DNA of 64,000 bases from an uncultured Elusimicrobia bacterium (GTDB taxonomy: Bacteria; Elusimicrobiota; Elusimicrobia; 2-01-FULL-59-12): assembly GCA_963702895.1 (NCBI GenBank), contig OY969767.1:234506-298505 (forward strand), written 5' to 3'. A program made the translations under genes and the position numbers. Position 1 is the first letter of the stretch, and every line of letters starts with the position of its first letter. Below are positions 16,957 through 28,329 of the stretch, one piece after another. The notes below the pieces were generated by a model. That model was given only the letters and a program-made list of their open reading frames with translations. It made no database searches and was not told where the DNA came from.

Positions 16957-17936
16957 TGGCCTCAAGGGACGCCATTGCTGTTGAACACCTTCACCATACC
17001 TATCCCGCCAAGCGGCCGTCTAAAGTCGAGCATCAGGCGCTCCAGGACGTCACCTTCACGGTTCAAGTGGGGGAAATGTTCGCTTTGCTGGGGCCCAACG
17101 GCGGCGGCAAAAGCACCACGTTTTACATCCTGTCGACCTTTTTCCTCCCAGCGCGGGAACGGCGGTCCTTTTTGGCCATGATGTGGTCAAAAACCCAGAA
17201 TCCGTCCGCCGTGATCTGGGCGTGGTTTTTCAGTCGCCGGGTCTGGACGGGAAACTCACCGTCCAAGAAAATCTCCTCCACCAGGGGCACCTCTATGGCC
17301 TCTCAGGCCAGGCCCTCCAGGAGCGTATCGCACTTCTGTTGTCCCGGATGGGACTCGCCTCCCGGAGTGCGGCTTTTGTGGAGACGCTCTCCGGAGGGCT
17401 TAAGCGCCGCGTGGAAATCGCCAAAGGCCTCCTGCACAAACCGAAGCTTTTGCTTCTGGATGAGCCCTCCACGGGCCTTGACCCCGCTTCACGGCGTGAT
17501 CTCTGGGACCTTCTTCTCGAACTCAAAAACAAAGAACAGGTGACGATCGTGGTCACGACCCACTTGATGGAAGAGGCGGAGAAGTGTGACCGTGTCGCGA
17601 TCTTAAATGAAGGGCGACTCGTGGCTCTCGGTACGCCCGCGGAGCTCAAGCATGAGATCGGCGGCGATATCATTTCCCTTGAGAGCGCGCAGCCCGCTCG
17701 TCTCCAAGAGGCCATCGAAAAGCAATACGGTGAGCGTGTTCAGGTGATCGGGCCAACACTCCGAATGGAACGTTCCAAGGGCCATGAATTTATCCCGAAG
17801 CTGGTTGCGGATTTTCCCGGCCTGATTCAATCCGTGACCTTAAGCAAGCCGACGTTGGAGGACGTCTTTATCAAACGGACCGGCCACCGGTTGTGGAGCG
17901 GGAATAAGTCCTCCCCCCTGGTGGGGGAGGAGGCAG
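16956..17936 (+). pseudogene. ABC transporter ATP-binding protein (ABC-2 exporter type), disrupted by a -1 frameshift; 3' end uncertain
   Basis: Walker A GPNGGGKSTTF is in the frame of ORF 16533..17543. The rest (VKNPESVRRDLGVVFQ...LSGGLKRRVEIAKGL...LLLDEPSTGLD...TTHLMEEAEKCDRV) is in the frame of ORF 17183..18313. The switch maps to the T5 run at 17139-17143. The ATG at 16956 overlaps the upstream stop codon. Confidence 0.7.
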
Positions 17937-18038
17937 GTGGGGGGGAGAACCCCCATCCCGGCCTTCCCCCACTCCGCCACTACGGCTCGGCGGACGCGCC
18001 GACGACTCAGTGGCGCGAAGGGGGGAAGGGGATTTGCG

Positions 18039-18836
18039 ATGAAACTCTTTCTCCTGGCGACCTATACGCTGTGGCAGCGCGAGATCGTGCGCTTCCTGCG
18101 CCAACGGAGCCGCGTCATCGGCGCGCTCGTGCCTCCGGTGCTCTTTTGGTTTTTGATCGGGTCCGGGCTCGGGAGTTCCTTTCACGCGGCACCGGCTCTG
18201 GCAGGTGGCGACAGCGCAATCTCCGGGGTGAACTATCTTCAGTACTTCTTTCCAGGCACCGTCCTCCTGATCGTACTTTTTACCGCCATTTTCTCCACGA
18301 TTTCCGTCATTGAAGACCGGCATGAGGGATTCTTGCAGTCGGTCCTGGTCGCGCCGCTGTCTCGGCTGACCCTTGTTCTGGGGAAAATCCTGGGAGGTTC
18401 GACTCTTGCTTTCGGCCAGGCCGTCCTCTTTTTGTTCCTCGTGCCTACCGCGGGCATTCAAATTCCCTTAAGCTCCTGGCCTTTTGTTCTGGTGAGCCTG
18501 CTTCTTCTGTCGTTCGGCTTGACCGGGCTCGGTTTTGTCCTGGCTTGGCTGCTCGATTCCGCGCAAGGCTACCATGCCATCATGAACCTCGTTTTAATCC
18601 CGATGTGGCTCCTTTCGGGCGCTCTCTTTCCCTCTGATGGCGCCACGCGCTGGATGCGCTGGGTGATGCAGATCAACCCTTTGAGCTATGGCCTCTCGTG
18701 CCTGCAGCGGCACATGCTGGTTCAGGGACAGCCTCTGTCGGCCGGTATGGCTTCGGATGCAGCAGGTTTTGCGGTGACGGCACTTTTTGCGCTCCTCATG
18801 CTCGGTGCCGCGGTTTGGGCAGTTCAGAAACGATGA
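18039..18836 (+). CDS. ABC-2 family transporter permease
   Basis: MKLFLLATYTLWQREIVRFLRQRSR... with 6 TM segments. An RBS gaagggg precedes the ATG at 18039. The track start at 17937 lies in the homopolymer-rich region. Confidence 0.8.
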   Translation: MKLFLLATYTLWQREIVRFLRQRSRVIGALVPPVLFWFLIGSGLGSSFHAAPALAGGDSAISGVNYLQYFFPGTVLLIVLFTAIFSTISVIEDRHEGFLQSVLVAPLSRLTLVLGKILGGSTLAFGQAVLFLFLVPTAGIQIPLSSWPFVLVSLLLLSFGLTGLGFVLAWLLDSAQGYHAIMNLVLIPMWLLSGALFPSDGATRWMRWVMQINPLSYGLSCLQRHMLVQGQPLSAGMASDAAGFAVTALFALLMLGAAVWAVQKR

Positions 18837-18954
18837 GGCTGGCGTATCGGCCAACGCCAAATGCTCGGCTCAACTTGCCAGAAGACAAGGGCAAACGAAG
18901 TCTATGAAAGGTGCTTTTGGAGGCTATCGGTTCTGAAGGTGGTAATCGGGTTTC

Positions 18955-19266
18955 TTACGGTGTTGTCGTGGCGAGCATTTCGGCGTGCTCTTGCAGGCCT
19001 TCCTCATGAACAATCTTCATGAGCTCACGCTCGGCCTGTCGAATTTCGGGATAGGAAGGCACGCGCATGCTGTTCATCTCATCCTGCACAAATTCGACGG
19101 TGATAGGGCTGGTGCACTCGCCAAGGATTTCCAGGAATGTCCGGCCAATGGCTCGGGGATAAGCGACGACCAGTTTTGCTAAGGTGCGTGCGGAGGCTTT
19201 CGGTAGGATTTTCCGCAAGTCGGCTTGGGGTAGTGCCAGGATGCTGAACATGCACGCCTCGGACAT
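18955..19266 (-). CDS. hypothetical protein, weak resemblance to FliG C-terminal / MgtE N-terminal helical domain
   Basis: 103 aa; LRKILPKASARTLAKLVVAYPRAIGRTFLEIL resembles the FliG-C/MgtE_N repeat. Confidence 0.3.
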   Translation of the reverse strand: MSEACMFSILALPQADLRKILPKASARTLAKLVVAYPRAIGRTFLEILGECTSPITVEFVQDEMNSMRVPSYPEIRQAERELMKIVHEEGLQEHAEMLATTTP

Positions 19267-19365
19267 GCTTCCCTCCTATCGAAAGTGTGGCCCCGAAAGG
19301 GAGGAATGTCAATAGAAAAATGTTAAAACAATTCGTAAAATATACCTGTTTTGATATTTCTGTGA

Positions 19366-20088
19366 TTGGGAGTTGACGAAACCGTGACCACCAAATTGAA
19401 GATACGAAAACTCCTTCTTTTTGACCTCGACTGGACCCTCATCTATACAGGGGGGGCCGGTGTGAGAGCTCTCAACAAGGCGTTTGAGCAACTGTTTGCT
19501 ATTAAGGATGCCATGAAGATCGTCTCTCCGGATGGGAAAACGGACCCCGCGATCTGCCGTGAGATGATCAAGGTCCATTTGAAGCGTGAGCCCCAGAAAG
19601 GCGAATTGGAGCTTTTGTGCCAGGGCTACCTTAAGCATCTGGCCCACGAAGTTCCCCAGAGTCCGGGCTACAGAGTGCTGCCCGGTGTGCCGACGTTGCT
19701 CGAGGAGCTATCCAGCCTTCCCTCCGTGCTCATGGGGCTTGGGACAGGCAATTTAGAAGAAGGGGCAAGGATCAAGCTCGTGCGCGCGGACCTCATGAAG
19801 TATTTTCGCTTCGGCGGGTATGGCTCCGACTCCGAAGAGCGTCCGGAGGTTCTCCGAACGGCTGTGCGGCGCGGAGAAACAATAGCCGGCCGGTCCTTTG
19901 GGCCGAGGGAGGTCGTGGTGATCGGAGATAACATTCGGGACGTCCAGGCCGGCCAGGCGATCGGCGCCTTGACCCTCGCGGTAGCCTCCGGACCCATGTC
20001 CATCGAAGATCTGGCCGCCTCCAAGCCGGACCACCTTTTCAAGGATTTGTCGGACATACGCAGGGCGCTCGACGTTCTTACGATTTGA
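19366..20088 (+). CDS. HAD superfamily hydrolase (phosphoglycolate phosphatase-like)
   Basis: Motif I LLLFDLDWTLIYT and motif IV VVVIGDNIRDVQAGQAIG. Confidence 0.8.
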   Translation: MGVDETVTTKLKIRKLLLFDLDWTLIYTGGAGVRALNKAFEQLFAIKDAMKIVSPDGKTDPAICREMIKVHLKREPQKGELELLCQGYLKHLAHEVPQSPGYRVLPGVPTLLEELSSLPSVLMGLGTGNLEEGARIKLVRADLMKYFRFGGYGSDSEERPEVLRTAVRRGETIAGRSFGPREVVVIGDNIRDVQAGQAIGALTLAVASGPMSIEDLAASKPDHLFKDLSDIRRALDVLTI

Positions 20089-20153
20089 GGACGTTGTTTA
20101 ATCTGATGGACCCCCGATCGGGGCACTCGGGGATGACACCAACAGCTTGATGC

Positions 20154-20188
20154 TTGACAAGAAATGTTGCTTTTCGCTATTACATTAA
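20154..20188 (+). promoter_or_regulatory. candidate sigma70-type promoter for the ABC/GldG-like operon
   Basis: TTGACA, an 18-nt spacer, then TATTAC, about 10 nt upstream of an AAGG RBS and the ATG at 20199. Confidence 0.4.
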
Positions 20189-20198
20189 GGCTTTCACC

Positions 20199-21125
20199 AT
20201 GATTGATGTCACCCAACTCACGAAGAGCTACGGATCGACGCTCGCGCTGGACCATGTGACGTTCTCCATTCAACCCGGGGAAGTCGTGGGGCTCTTGGGG
20301 CCCAACGGCGCTGGCAAAACCACGATGCTCAAGATCCTCACCGGCTTCATGCCGCCCTCCGAGGGCACGGCGCGCGTCGCCCATTTCGATATCACGGACG
20401 AGTCGCTCGAGCTTCGCCGGCGCATCGGATACTTGCCGGAGACCAACCCGCTCTATGAGGAGCTTGCGGTGTACGAATCCCTTCTCTGGACGGCGAAATT
20501 TCGCGCCATCCCAGTCGAAAGGCGCGAGGATGCTCTTCGCAAAGTGATTCAGACCTGCGGTTTGGCCTCTGTTGTTGGAAAAGACATCGCCCATCTGTCC
20601 AAAGGGTTTCGCCAGCGCGTGGGACTTGCTCAGGCGATACTCCATGACCCGGAAATCCTGATTCTGGATGAGCCCACTTCAGGGCTTGATCCCAATCAGC
20701 AGCTCGAAGTCCGGCAGCTCATCCAGACCCTCAAACAGAAGAAGACCGTCTTGATCTCCACGCACATTCTTTCCGAGGCCCAGAGCGCCTGTGACCGGGT
20801 GCTCATCATTCATAAAGGAAAGATTGTCGCGGACGGCACCCCGGACCTTCTGCGGCAGAGCCTTTCGAAGGGCCAGCGCCTGTTGCTTGAGCTCAAAGGG
20901 CCCCAGGCGGGCGCGTCCGAGGTGCTCCGCGGTCTTCCGGGTGTTGATCAAGTCATCGTCCAAAAGGAAGAAGGCGACCGTCTGAGCCTCATCCTCGAGA
21001 CTCGAGAAGCTGATCTGCGAGAAATGATTTTTGATGTCGCTGTCGAAAAGCATTGGAAAATTCTGCAAATGACGCCGGAAACATTCTCCTTGGAGGATGT
21101 GTTCCGGCAATTGACCACATCATGA
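20199..21125 (+). CDS. ABC transporter ATP-binding protein (GldA-like)
   Basis: GPNGAGKTTMLKIL, LSKGFRQRVGLAQAI, ILILDEPTSGLD. Confidence 0.9.
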   Translation: MIDVTQLTKSYGSTLALDHVTFSIQPGEVVGLLGPNGAGKTTMLKILTGFMPPSEGTARVAHFDITDESLELRRRIGYLPETNPLYEELAVYESLLWTAKFRAIPVERREDALRKVIQTCGLASVVGKDIAHLSKGFRQRVGLAQAILHDPEILILDEPTSGLDPNQQLEVRQLIQTLKQKKTVLISTHILSEAQSACDRVLIIHKGKIVADGTPDLLRQSLSKGQRLLLELKGPQAGASEVLRGLPGVDQVIVQKEEGDRLSLILETREADLREMIFDVAVEKHWKILQMTPETFSLEDVFRQLTTS

Positions 21126-21838
21126 CCCATAACCCAATTTTGATCCTTGCCCGTAAAGAGTTGATGACGCTACTCAACATGCCTACGACGTATGTGATCA
21201 CAGTCGCCTTTTTGCTCGTGACGGGCTGGCTCTTTGTCTCGCCGCTTTTCCTCATGAACCAGAGCGCCTTGGACGGCTTTCTCCGGCCGCTGCCGCTCAT
21301 CTTTACGTTCCTCGTCCCCGCGCTCACGATGCGGTCCTTCGCGGAGGAATGGAAAGCGGGGACCATCGAATACCTCTGCACCCTTCCGATTGAGGACCAC
21401 GAGATCGTCATCGCCAAGTATCTCGCCTCTATGGGAATGATCGGGGTGCTCCTTCTCTTTACGCTGTGCTATCCCGCGGTGCTCCTCGTGGTGGGCCGTC
21501 CGGACCCGGGGCAGATGATCGGCGCTTACGTGGCCATCCTGGGCCTCGCCTCGTTTTTCGCCGCGATCGGGCTCTGGGCCTCCTCCTTTACACGCAACCA
21601 GGTGGTCGCCTTCATCGTTGGATTCTTTGTTTGTTTTCTGTTCTTTCTCTTGGGTCGTATCGCGGACTTTCTTCCGGGAATGCTGTCGAGCTTCGTGAGG
21701 ACGTTGAGCGTGGAGACACACTTCGACGCTTTGGCGCGCGGTGTGCTCGATAGCCGTGACCTGCTCTATTGGGTGAGCGGCACGGCTTTCTTTTTAATCT
21801 GGACCCATTCCGTGCTTCAATCGAAAAAATGGCACTGA
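21122..21838 (+). CDS. ABC-2 type permease (GldF-like)
   Basis: Six TM segments. Start MTHNPILILARKELM overlaps the ATPase stop as ATGA. Confidence 0.75.
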   Translation: MTHNPILILARKELMTLLNMPTTYVITVAFLLVTGWLFVSPLFLMNQSALDGFLRPLPLIFTFLVPALTMRSFAEEWKAGTIEYLCTLPIEDHEIVIAKYLASMGMIGVLLLFTLCYPAVLLVVGRPDPGQMIGAYVAILGLASFFAAIGLWASSFTRNQVVAFIVGFFVCFLFFLLGRIADFLPGMLSSFVRTLSVETHFDALARGVLDSRDLLYWVSGTAFFLIWTHSVLQSKKWH

Positions 21839-23445
21839 CGCTTCGCGAACGAAAAAAGAAGTTTCTCTTGACCGGCACGACGGGCCTTGGGCTCTGCGCG
21901 CTCATCGTGGTCCTGGTCAATGTCCTGGGCAACTGGTTTTTTGTCCGTTTGGATCTGACCACGCAGAAGGCTTATTCACTTTCGGCGTCCAGCCGGAAGC
22001 TCGTGCGCGATCTTTCCGACCCCCTGGTCATCAAGGCCTATTTCACGCCGGACCTGCCGCCGCCTTACAATATCTACGAACGCTACACGCGAGATCTCTT
22101 GGCTGAGTACAAGTCGGCTTCCCGCGGCAGGGTCCGCTATGAGTTTGCCCTTCAAAGCCCTCCGGGAGAGTTTGAGAAGGGAGCCGGTGAGGCAGGGCTT
22201 TTGCCCATTCAGTTTAATCAATTAGGGTCGGATCAAGTCCAGATACGCCGGGGCTATATGGGCCTGGTGCTTTACCACCGGGACAAAATCGAGACCCTGG
22301 CCATCGTGAAAAACATTCAGCAGCTGGAGTATGACCTCACGAGCCGCATCGCCAAGATGGCGGCCCGGACGAAAAAAACAATCGCGGTCATTTCCGGACA
22401 CGGAGAAACCCAGTGGCAGGGACACTCCTCCAAGCTCGCGATGGATCTCGCCGACTTTTATGACCTCAAGGACACACCGCTTTCGCCTTCAACCACGATG
22501 GCTGTTCAGGCGGATGCCTTGCTTGTCGTGGGACCGAAAGAAAAGTTTGACGAGAAATCGATCTGGGCCATCGATCAGGCCATCATGCGCGGTATGCCTG
22601 CCGCTTTCCTGATCGATATCAAGAACTTTATGCCGGGGAGGTTCTTGGTGACGGCGCAGGACGCGGGCCTGGGGGACCTCTTGAAGCACTACGGGGTCCT
22701 CTTGGGCGATCGGCTCCTCTACGACTTCCAGTGCGAGTCGATCGGCGTCACACAAAACTTGGGGGGGCTTTCCTTCACCACGAGCCTTCCGTACCCTTAC
22801 ATTCCCCTGGTGAATCGGATTATGAACACCCACCCTATCGGGCGGGGGCTCGAAGCCGTTAGTCTTCCGTTTACGACCAGCATTGATCCTGTGCAAGGAC
22901 TACCACCGGGTGTTCGCTTCACGCCTCTTCTTTACACCTCGGCGAAGAGCTTTTTCGCTAAAGCCCAGCCTTCGGCGAGTGTTGCTCCGAATGACATTCC
23001 GCGCCCGCAAGCAGACGAGCCCCATGGCCCCTATTCTGTTGGCGCGGTGGTCGAAGGGACGTTCACGAGCTTCTTCCAGGGCAAGCCCTTGCCTGTCCCC
23101 TCCCACGCTCTCATTGGCACAAGCCCCAAAACGCAGATTGTCGTTTTAGGCACAGCCCGCGTGCTCGATCCGATCTTTCCGTCCCTCACGGGCGCGGAGG
23201 GTCTCGTCAGCAACGTGCTCTCGTTTCTTTCCAAGGACGATACGCTCGCGGGCATTCGCACGAAGGGGGAAATTATCCGGCCGCTCAAGCCCCTCACGAG
23301 CGCCCGTCGTCAGGTGGTGAAGTACGGAACGGTCCTTGTGGCCGCGTTGCTTTCCGTCGTGCTTGGCCTCTGGCGCTGGCGCCGGCGCCAGATTTGGCGC
23401 GTGACGATCGCCTCCGTCTATTCTCCAAAGGCTGTTTCTTCCTGA
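21829..23445 (+). CDS. GldG-like ABC transporter auxiliary component
   Basis: N-terminal TM segment, a large periplasmic domain and a C-terminal TM segment. Start MALTLRERKKKF overlaps the permease gene. Confidence 0.65.
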   Translation: MALTLRERKKKFLLTGTTGLGLCALIVVLVNVLGNWFFVRLDLTTQKAYSLSASSRKLVRDLSDPLVIKAYFTPDLPPPYNIYERYTRDLLAEYKSASRGRVRYEFALQSPPGEFEKGAGEAGLLPIQFNQLGSDQVQIRRGYMGLVLYHRDKIETLAIVKNIQQLEYDLTSRIAKMAARTKKTIAVISGHGETQWQGHSSKLAMDLADFYDLKDTPLSPSTTMAVQADALLVVGPKEKFDEKSIWAIDQAIMRGMPAAFLIDIKNFMPGRFLVTAQDAGLGDLLKHYGVLLGDRLLYDFQCESIGVTQNLGGLSFTTSLPYPYIPLVNRIMNTHPIGRGLEAVSLPFTTSIDPVQGLPPGVRFTPLLYTSAKSFFAKAQPSASVAPNDIPRPQADEPHGPYSVGAVVEGTFTSFFQGKPLPVPSHALIGTSPKTQIVVLGTARVLDPIFPSLTGAEGLVSNVLSFLSKDDTLAGIRTKGEIIRPLKPLTSARRQVVKYGTVLVAALLSVVLGLWRWRRRQIWRVTIASVYSPKAVSS

Positions 23446-23446
23446 G

Positions 23447-24349
23447 ATGGGCGCGTCTTTCCTGAAAAAAGTCGGAACCCTGGCGGCCATGCTCCTGGCC
23501 GCCTGGGTGATTTCGATCTACCGCCAGGTGCCGCACCGCAAAGCCCCTTTCGCCAAAGCCGTCCAGAAGGCGGAGCGCCTGCGCATGGAAAAGGCCTCCG
23601 GCCGGGTGAGCTTCGTCAAACAAAAGGGGGCTTGGTCCGTTGAACTTTCTTCGGGGGTCTACGCGCCGGTTGATGAGATGCCCTGGAAATCCCTCCTTTC
23701 AAGCCTTTCGGCGCTCACACTGGAAGATGAGATCTCTGACCGGGCGGACCGGGCCTCCGAGTTTGAGGTCGATGCGGCCAGCGGCATGCGGCTCGTCCTC
23801 GAAGACGCCCAAGGGAACGTTCTAGCCGACGGTATTTTCGGGAAGCAGGCGTCCGACTACGTGCACCTTTATTACCGGCCTTCGCAAGCGGTGAACGTTT
23901 ACATGGCGCGCGGCCTCTACCGTGGCGAGCTCGGCCAGGTCGATCCTCAGGCGTGGCGCAGCCGCGAGCTTGTGAGTATCCCGGAGCCCCAAATCAAGCG
24001 AGTGCGGATCGAATCCAAAGGTCGTCCAACGGATCTTGTGCGCGTGAGCACAAGTTCCTGGACCTCGAACGGCAAGCCCGTGCAAGCGGAGCTTGTCTAT
24101 GGACTTCTCGCGAAGCTCGCTCGCCTGCGCGCGGACAGCTTTGTGGATGTTTCCTTATATCCTGCCATCACCTACGCGTCGCTCACCTATGCGCGCGTGA
24201 TGATCGAGGGAGAACAATCCTCCGCGGAAGTACGCATCGGCCCCCTCGACAAAAAGACACCACGCTATCCCTTGTCTTCCGGTCAGGAAAACGGAATAGC
24301 GTGGCTCTCTCAGGCCACCACGGATTCTATTCTAAAGTTTAATCCCTAA
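23447..24349 (+). CDS. DUF4340-like protein, typical 4th gene of GldG-type ABC operons
   Basis: 300 aa with an N-terminal TM segment. Positional inference only. Confidence 0.45.
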   Translation: MGASFLKKVGTLAAMLLAAWVISIYRQVPHRKAPFAKAVQKAERLRMEKASGRVSFVKQKGAWSVELSSGVYAPVDEMPWKSLLSSLSALTLEDEISDRADRASEFEVDAASGMRLVLEDAQGNVLADGIFGKQASDYVHLYYRPSQAVNVYMARGLYRGELGQVDPQAWRSRELVSIPEPQIKRVRIESKGRPTDLVRVSTSSWTSNGKPVQAELVYGLLAKLARLRADSFVDVSLYPAITYASLTYARVMIEGEQSSAEVRIGPLDKKTPRYPLSSGQENGIAWLSQATTDSILKFNP

Positions 24350-24355
24350 TCCCTC

Positions 24356-25411
<1,056 letters not shown>

Positions 25412-25506
25412 GATGGTCGTTCTCCTTTAAAAGTTTTGAAATGGAGTCACTATTATATACGAGAACACGCCCGTCCGGTATAATGCCTAAAGGGGCTCAA
25501 TTCGTC

Positions 25507-25574
25507 GTCACCCCGGCGGAAGCCGGGGTCTATCATTTTCTGCATGATAGATTCCGGCTTTCGCCGGAATGACG
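25507..25574. repeat. REP-like element copy 6
   Basis: gtcaccccggcggaagccggggtctatcattttctgcatgatagattccggctttcgccggaatgacg. Confidence 0.85.
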
Positions 25575-25592
25575 TTTGGGTTTGTTCCTGAA

Positions 25593-26546
25593 ATGGACAT
25601 GGAAAAAATCGTTTTACTTGATAAAGGGACCTTTCCCGTCGCTCTGCGTAAGCCGGCGTTCCCGCACGAATGGGTGGAGTACGATGGCACGGCACCGGAA
25701 GAAGTCGTGGATCGACTCGAGCGCGCGACCATCGCCATCACCAACAAGGTGAAACTGCGTGAGGCAGAGCTCGCGAAGCTTCCCTCCCTTAAATTTATTG
25801 TCGTGGCCGCGACGGGATATGATGGTGTAGAACTGGCCGCCTGTCGCGCACGCCAGATCGCGGTCGCCAACGTCCCAGGCTACACAGGCGACTCTGTGCC
25901 GGAGCACGTGTTCATGATGATGCTGGCCCTCCGGCGCCATCTCCTCGACTATGCCAGCCTCATCCAGCAGGGAGCCTGGCAGCGCGCGCCGCACTTTGTC
26001 ATGCAGGACTATCCCACTGAGAACCTTTCGGGAACGACCCTTGGGTTGATAGGATATGGCAGGCTGGCCCAAGCGGTGGAAAAGCGCGCTCTCGCTTTTG
26101 GGATGAACGTGATCTTGAGTGAACGTAAAGGCGCCGCGACCGTCCGTCCGGGACGTATGCCCTTTGACCAGGTCCTCCGAGAATCCGATGTGATCAGCCT
26201 GCATTGCCCGATGACACCTGGAACGAAGGGACTTCTCGGTCCCCGAGAACTTGCTCTTATGAAAAAGAAAGCTCTCCTTATTAATACGGCACGCGGCGGC
26301 CTTGTGGAGGAGGAGGCACTGGCTGAGGCGCTCAGGGCGGGCCGTCTCGCTGGCGCGGGGATCGACGTTCTCTCGGAGGAGCCCCCGCGCCATGGCAATC
26401 CTTTGCTTGATGCTCGCCTGCCTAATCTCATCGTGACGCCGCACATTGCCTGGAGCAGCCGGCAAGCCCTTGGAGTCTTGGCGGACGAAATCACTCAAAA
26501 CATAGAGAGCTTTGTCCTGGGAAAGCCCAGAAACCTTGTGACATGA
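25593..26546 (+). CDS. D-isomer-specific 2-hydroxyacid dehydrogenase (glycerate/hydroxypyruvate reductase-like)
   Basis: NAD-binding GLIGYGRLAQAV and the catalytic-domain motifs of the family. Confidence 0.85.
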   Translation: MDMEKIVLLDKGTFPVALRKPAFPHEWVEYDGTAPEEVVDRLERATIAITNKVKLREAELAKLPSLKFIVVAATGYDGVELAACRARQIAVANVPGYTGDSVPEHVFMMMLALRRHLLDYASLIQQGAWQRAPHFVMQDYPTENLSGTTLGLIGYGRLAQAVEKRALAFGMNVILSERKGAATVRPGRMPFDQVLRESDVISLHCPMTPGTKGLLGPRELALMKKKALLINTARGGLVEEEALAEALRAGRLAGAGIDVLSEEPPRHGNPLLDARLPNLIVTPHIAWSSRQALGVLADEITQNIESFVLGKPRNLVT

Positions 26547-27139
26547 TGGAACCGTCGCTCCATACAGGTGTCCAAGTCATTGATGAGATGTCTGGCACGC
26601 CGAAAGCTCACTTCGCGAGTCTCATGTGGGCGCATGGCCCCATGATCTATACCTTGGCGGTGAGGCTCACCGGCAACACGGCGGACGGCCAGGATTTAGC
26701 CCAAGAGACCTTCGTGAAGGCGTACAAGCATCAGGCTGATTTTCGAGGAGAAAGTTCGCCTGGGACTTGGTTCTACCGCATCTGCGTGAACCTCTGGAAA
26801 AACAGGGTGCGCTACGAGAAGAGCCGGTCCTTCTCGTCTCATGTTCCCATCGACGCGGGGCCGGATGATGAACATCCTGGCACCGAAGTCGCCTCGCCGG
26901 AGGCCCCGATGGGATCGGAATTGGAGGGTTTGGACGAGCAGCAGGCTGTCCAGAAGGCACTCTCCTTGCTTTCGAATGAAGAGCGGGCGCTGGTCGTGAT
27001 GCGCGATATGGACGACAAGTCTTATGAAGAAATCAGCGACCTTCTCGGGGTGCCGCTGGGTACGGTAAAATCAAGACTCGCACGCACCCGGGAAAAACTG
27101 CGCGGCATTCTTGGGCCACTGATCAAGAGGAATACATGA
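26543..27139 (+). CDS. ECF (sigma-70 family, group 4) RNA polymerase sigma factor
   Basis: Region 2 DLAQETFVKAYKH and region 4 SYEEISDLLGVPLGTVKSRLARTREKLR. Start overlaps the upstream stop as ATGA. Confidence 0.9.
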   Translation: MMEPSLHTGVQVIDEMSGTPKAHFASLMWAHGPMIYTLAVRLTGNTADGQDLAQETFVKAYKHQADFRGESSPGTWFYRICVNLWKNRVRYEKSRSFSSHVPIDAGPDDEHPGTEVASPEAPMGSELEGLDEQQAVQKALSLLSNEERALVVMRDMDDKSYEEISDLLGVPLGTVKSRLARTREKLRGILGPLIKRNT

Positions 27140-28329
27140 GCACGGACTCCGAACATATCGAAGACCGATTGTCCGATTATCTGGATGGAGCGCTTCCGCC
27201 TCAAGAGCACCTGGCGGCCGCTCAGCACATCAAGATTTGCCAAGCTTGCGAGGCGCACTTTCAGGAACTCATGCGCATGCGCAAGATGCTGCACGAAAGT
27301 CCGCGTCTAGAACCGCCTGAAAGTTTTTACGCGGGTGTCTTGAGCAGGATGAAACCGAGAAACCCGATCTTGTCTTGGTTTTCCACCGGTTTTCCTTTGA
27401 AGACACTGGCCTCCGCGTGTCTGGTGATGCTCGTGGTGTGGGTCACTTACGAACAGAGGGATCGCACCAAGCAGATTCATCTGAAATCGGAGCCCGCTCT
27501 TGGAACGCCAACGCCTTCCCCTGCGCCGGCGACCGTTCCAACTCCAGCGCTCAAGTCGATGGAAGTTCAAAGTGACGTTGCGCTGGGGGAACAATCATCG
27601 GCAAGCAAACAAGATATCCCACCGCCGCCCGTTCCTATCGAAGCCGATGGATCGGGCTTGGCTTTACAAGCCCCCGCAAGAGAGGATGAACAAAAAGCTC
27701 TCACCCAGTTCGAAGCGCCTCTTCCAACGGAGCGAGCGGCTGCGGGGTTGTCCCGTCCCGCCGATCGCGCGAGTGTGCCGAAAGCAACCAGCGCAAAGTC
27801 CGTGAGCGGAGCCAAGGCCAAAAAGAGCACCCTAACGAAAGCGCCAACATCCTCAGCTTTCACTTCGCGAGCCAGCCGGACTTCTGCCCCTACGGATATG
27901 CTGGGCAAGCCCAAGAGGGAGGGCGCTAAAACGACGCTTGTGCAGTTTCCCACTTCTCAAGAGAAGATCCGGCCGAAGGCTCTGGTGGAATGGAGGGGAG
28001 CGAGTTCCAATATCCGGAAATTCCGGACCTATGTCGTTGAGACGCCTGGCAAGATGAAGGAGCTTTGGAATAAGCATGCGCCAGGGCTTCCAGTCCCCAA
28101 AGTGGATTTCGAGCTCTATCAGGTGGTGGGAATCACTTCCGGCAAAACCCATGCCGTGGGTTTTGGATTTGAGATTATGGGGACGCGCGATACGCCGGAA
28201 ACCACGATTGTCTACTACCGTGCGGCCAAGGATTTCTTCAAGTCGAAGACAGACTCTGCCAACTATAGGCCATACCACTTCAAAGTCATTCCGAAAACCA
28301 ACCTTCCCGTTAAATTCCAGAAGATATAA
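27136..28329 (+). CDS. anti-sigma factor (zinc-finger, single TM, Pro/Ala-rich linker, uncharacterized C-terminal domain)
   Basis: HxxxCxxC motif HIKICQACEAH and TM segment LASACLVMLVVWV. Start overlaps the sigma stop as ATGA. Confidence 0.7.
   Translation: MSTDSEHIEDRLSDYLDGALPPQEHLAAAQHIKICQACEAHFQELMRMRKMLHESPRLEPPESFYAGVLSRMKPRNPILSWFSTGFPLKTLASACLVMLVVWVTYEQRDRTKQIHLKSEPALGTPTPSPAPATVPTPALKSMEVQSDVALGEQSSASKQDIPPPPVPIEADGSGLALQAPAREDEQKALTQFEAPLPTERAAAGLSRPADRASVPKATSAKSVSGAKAKKSTLTKAPTSSAFTSRASRTSAPTDMLGKPKREGAKTTLVQFPTSQEKIRPKALVEWRGASSNIRKFRTYVVETPGKMKELWNKHAPGLPVPKVDFELYQVVGITSGKTHAVGFGFEIMGTRDTPETTIVYYRAAKDFFKSKTDSANYRPYHFKVIPKTNLPVKFQKI

Noticed and set aside
18955-19266. Assignment as a flagellar FliG
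   Set aside because: The similarity is limited to one helical repeat pattern in a 103-aa protein and no other flagellar genes are in the window. It is kept only as a weak domain resemblance.
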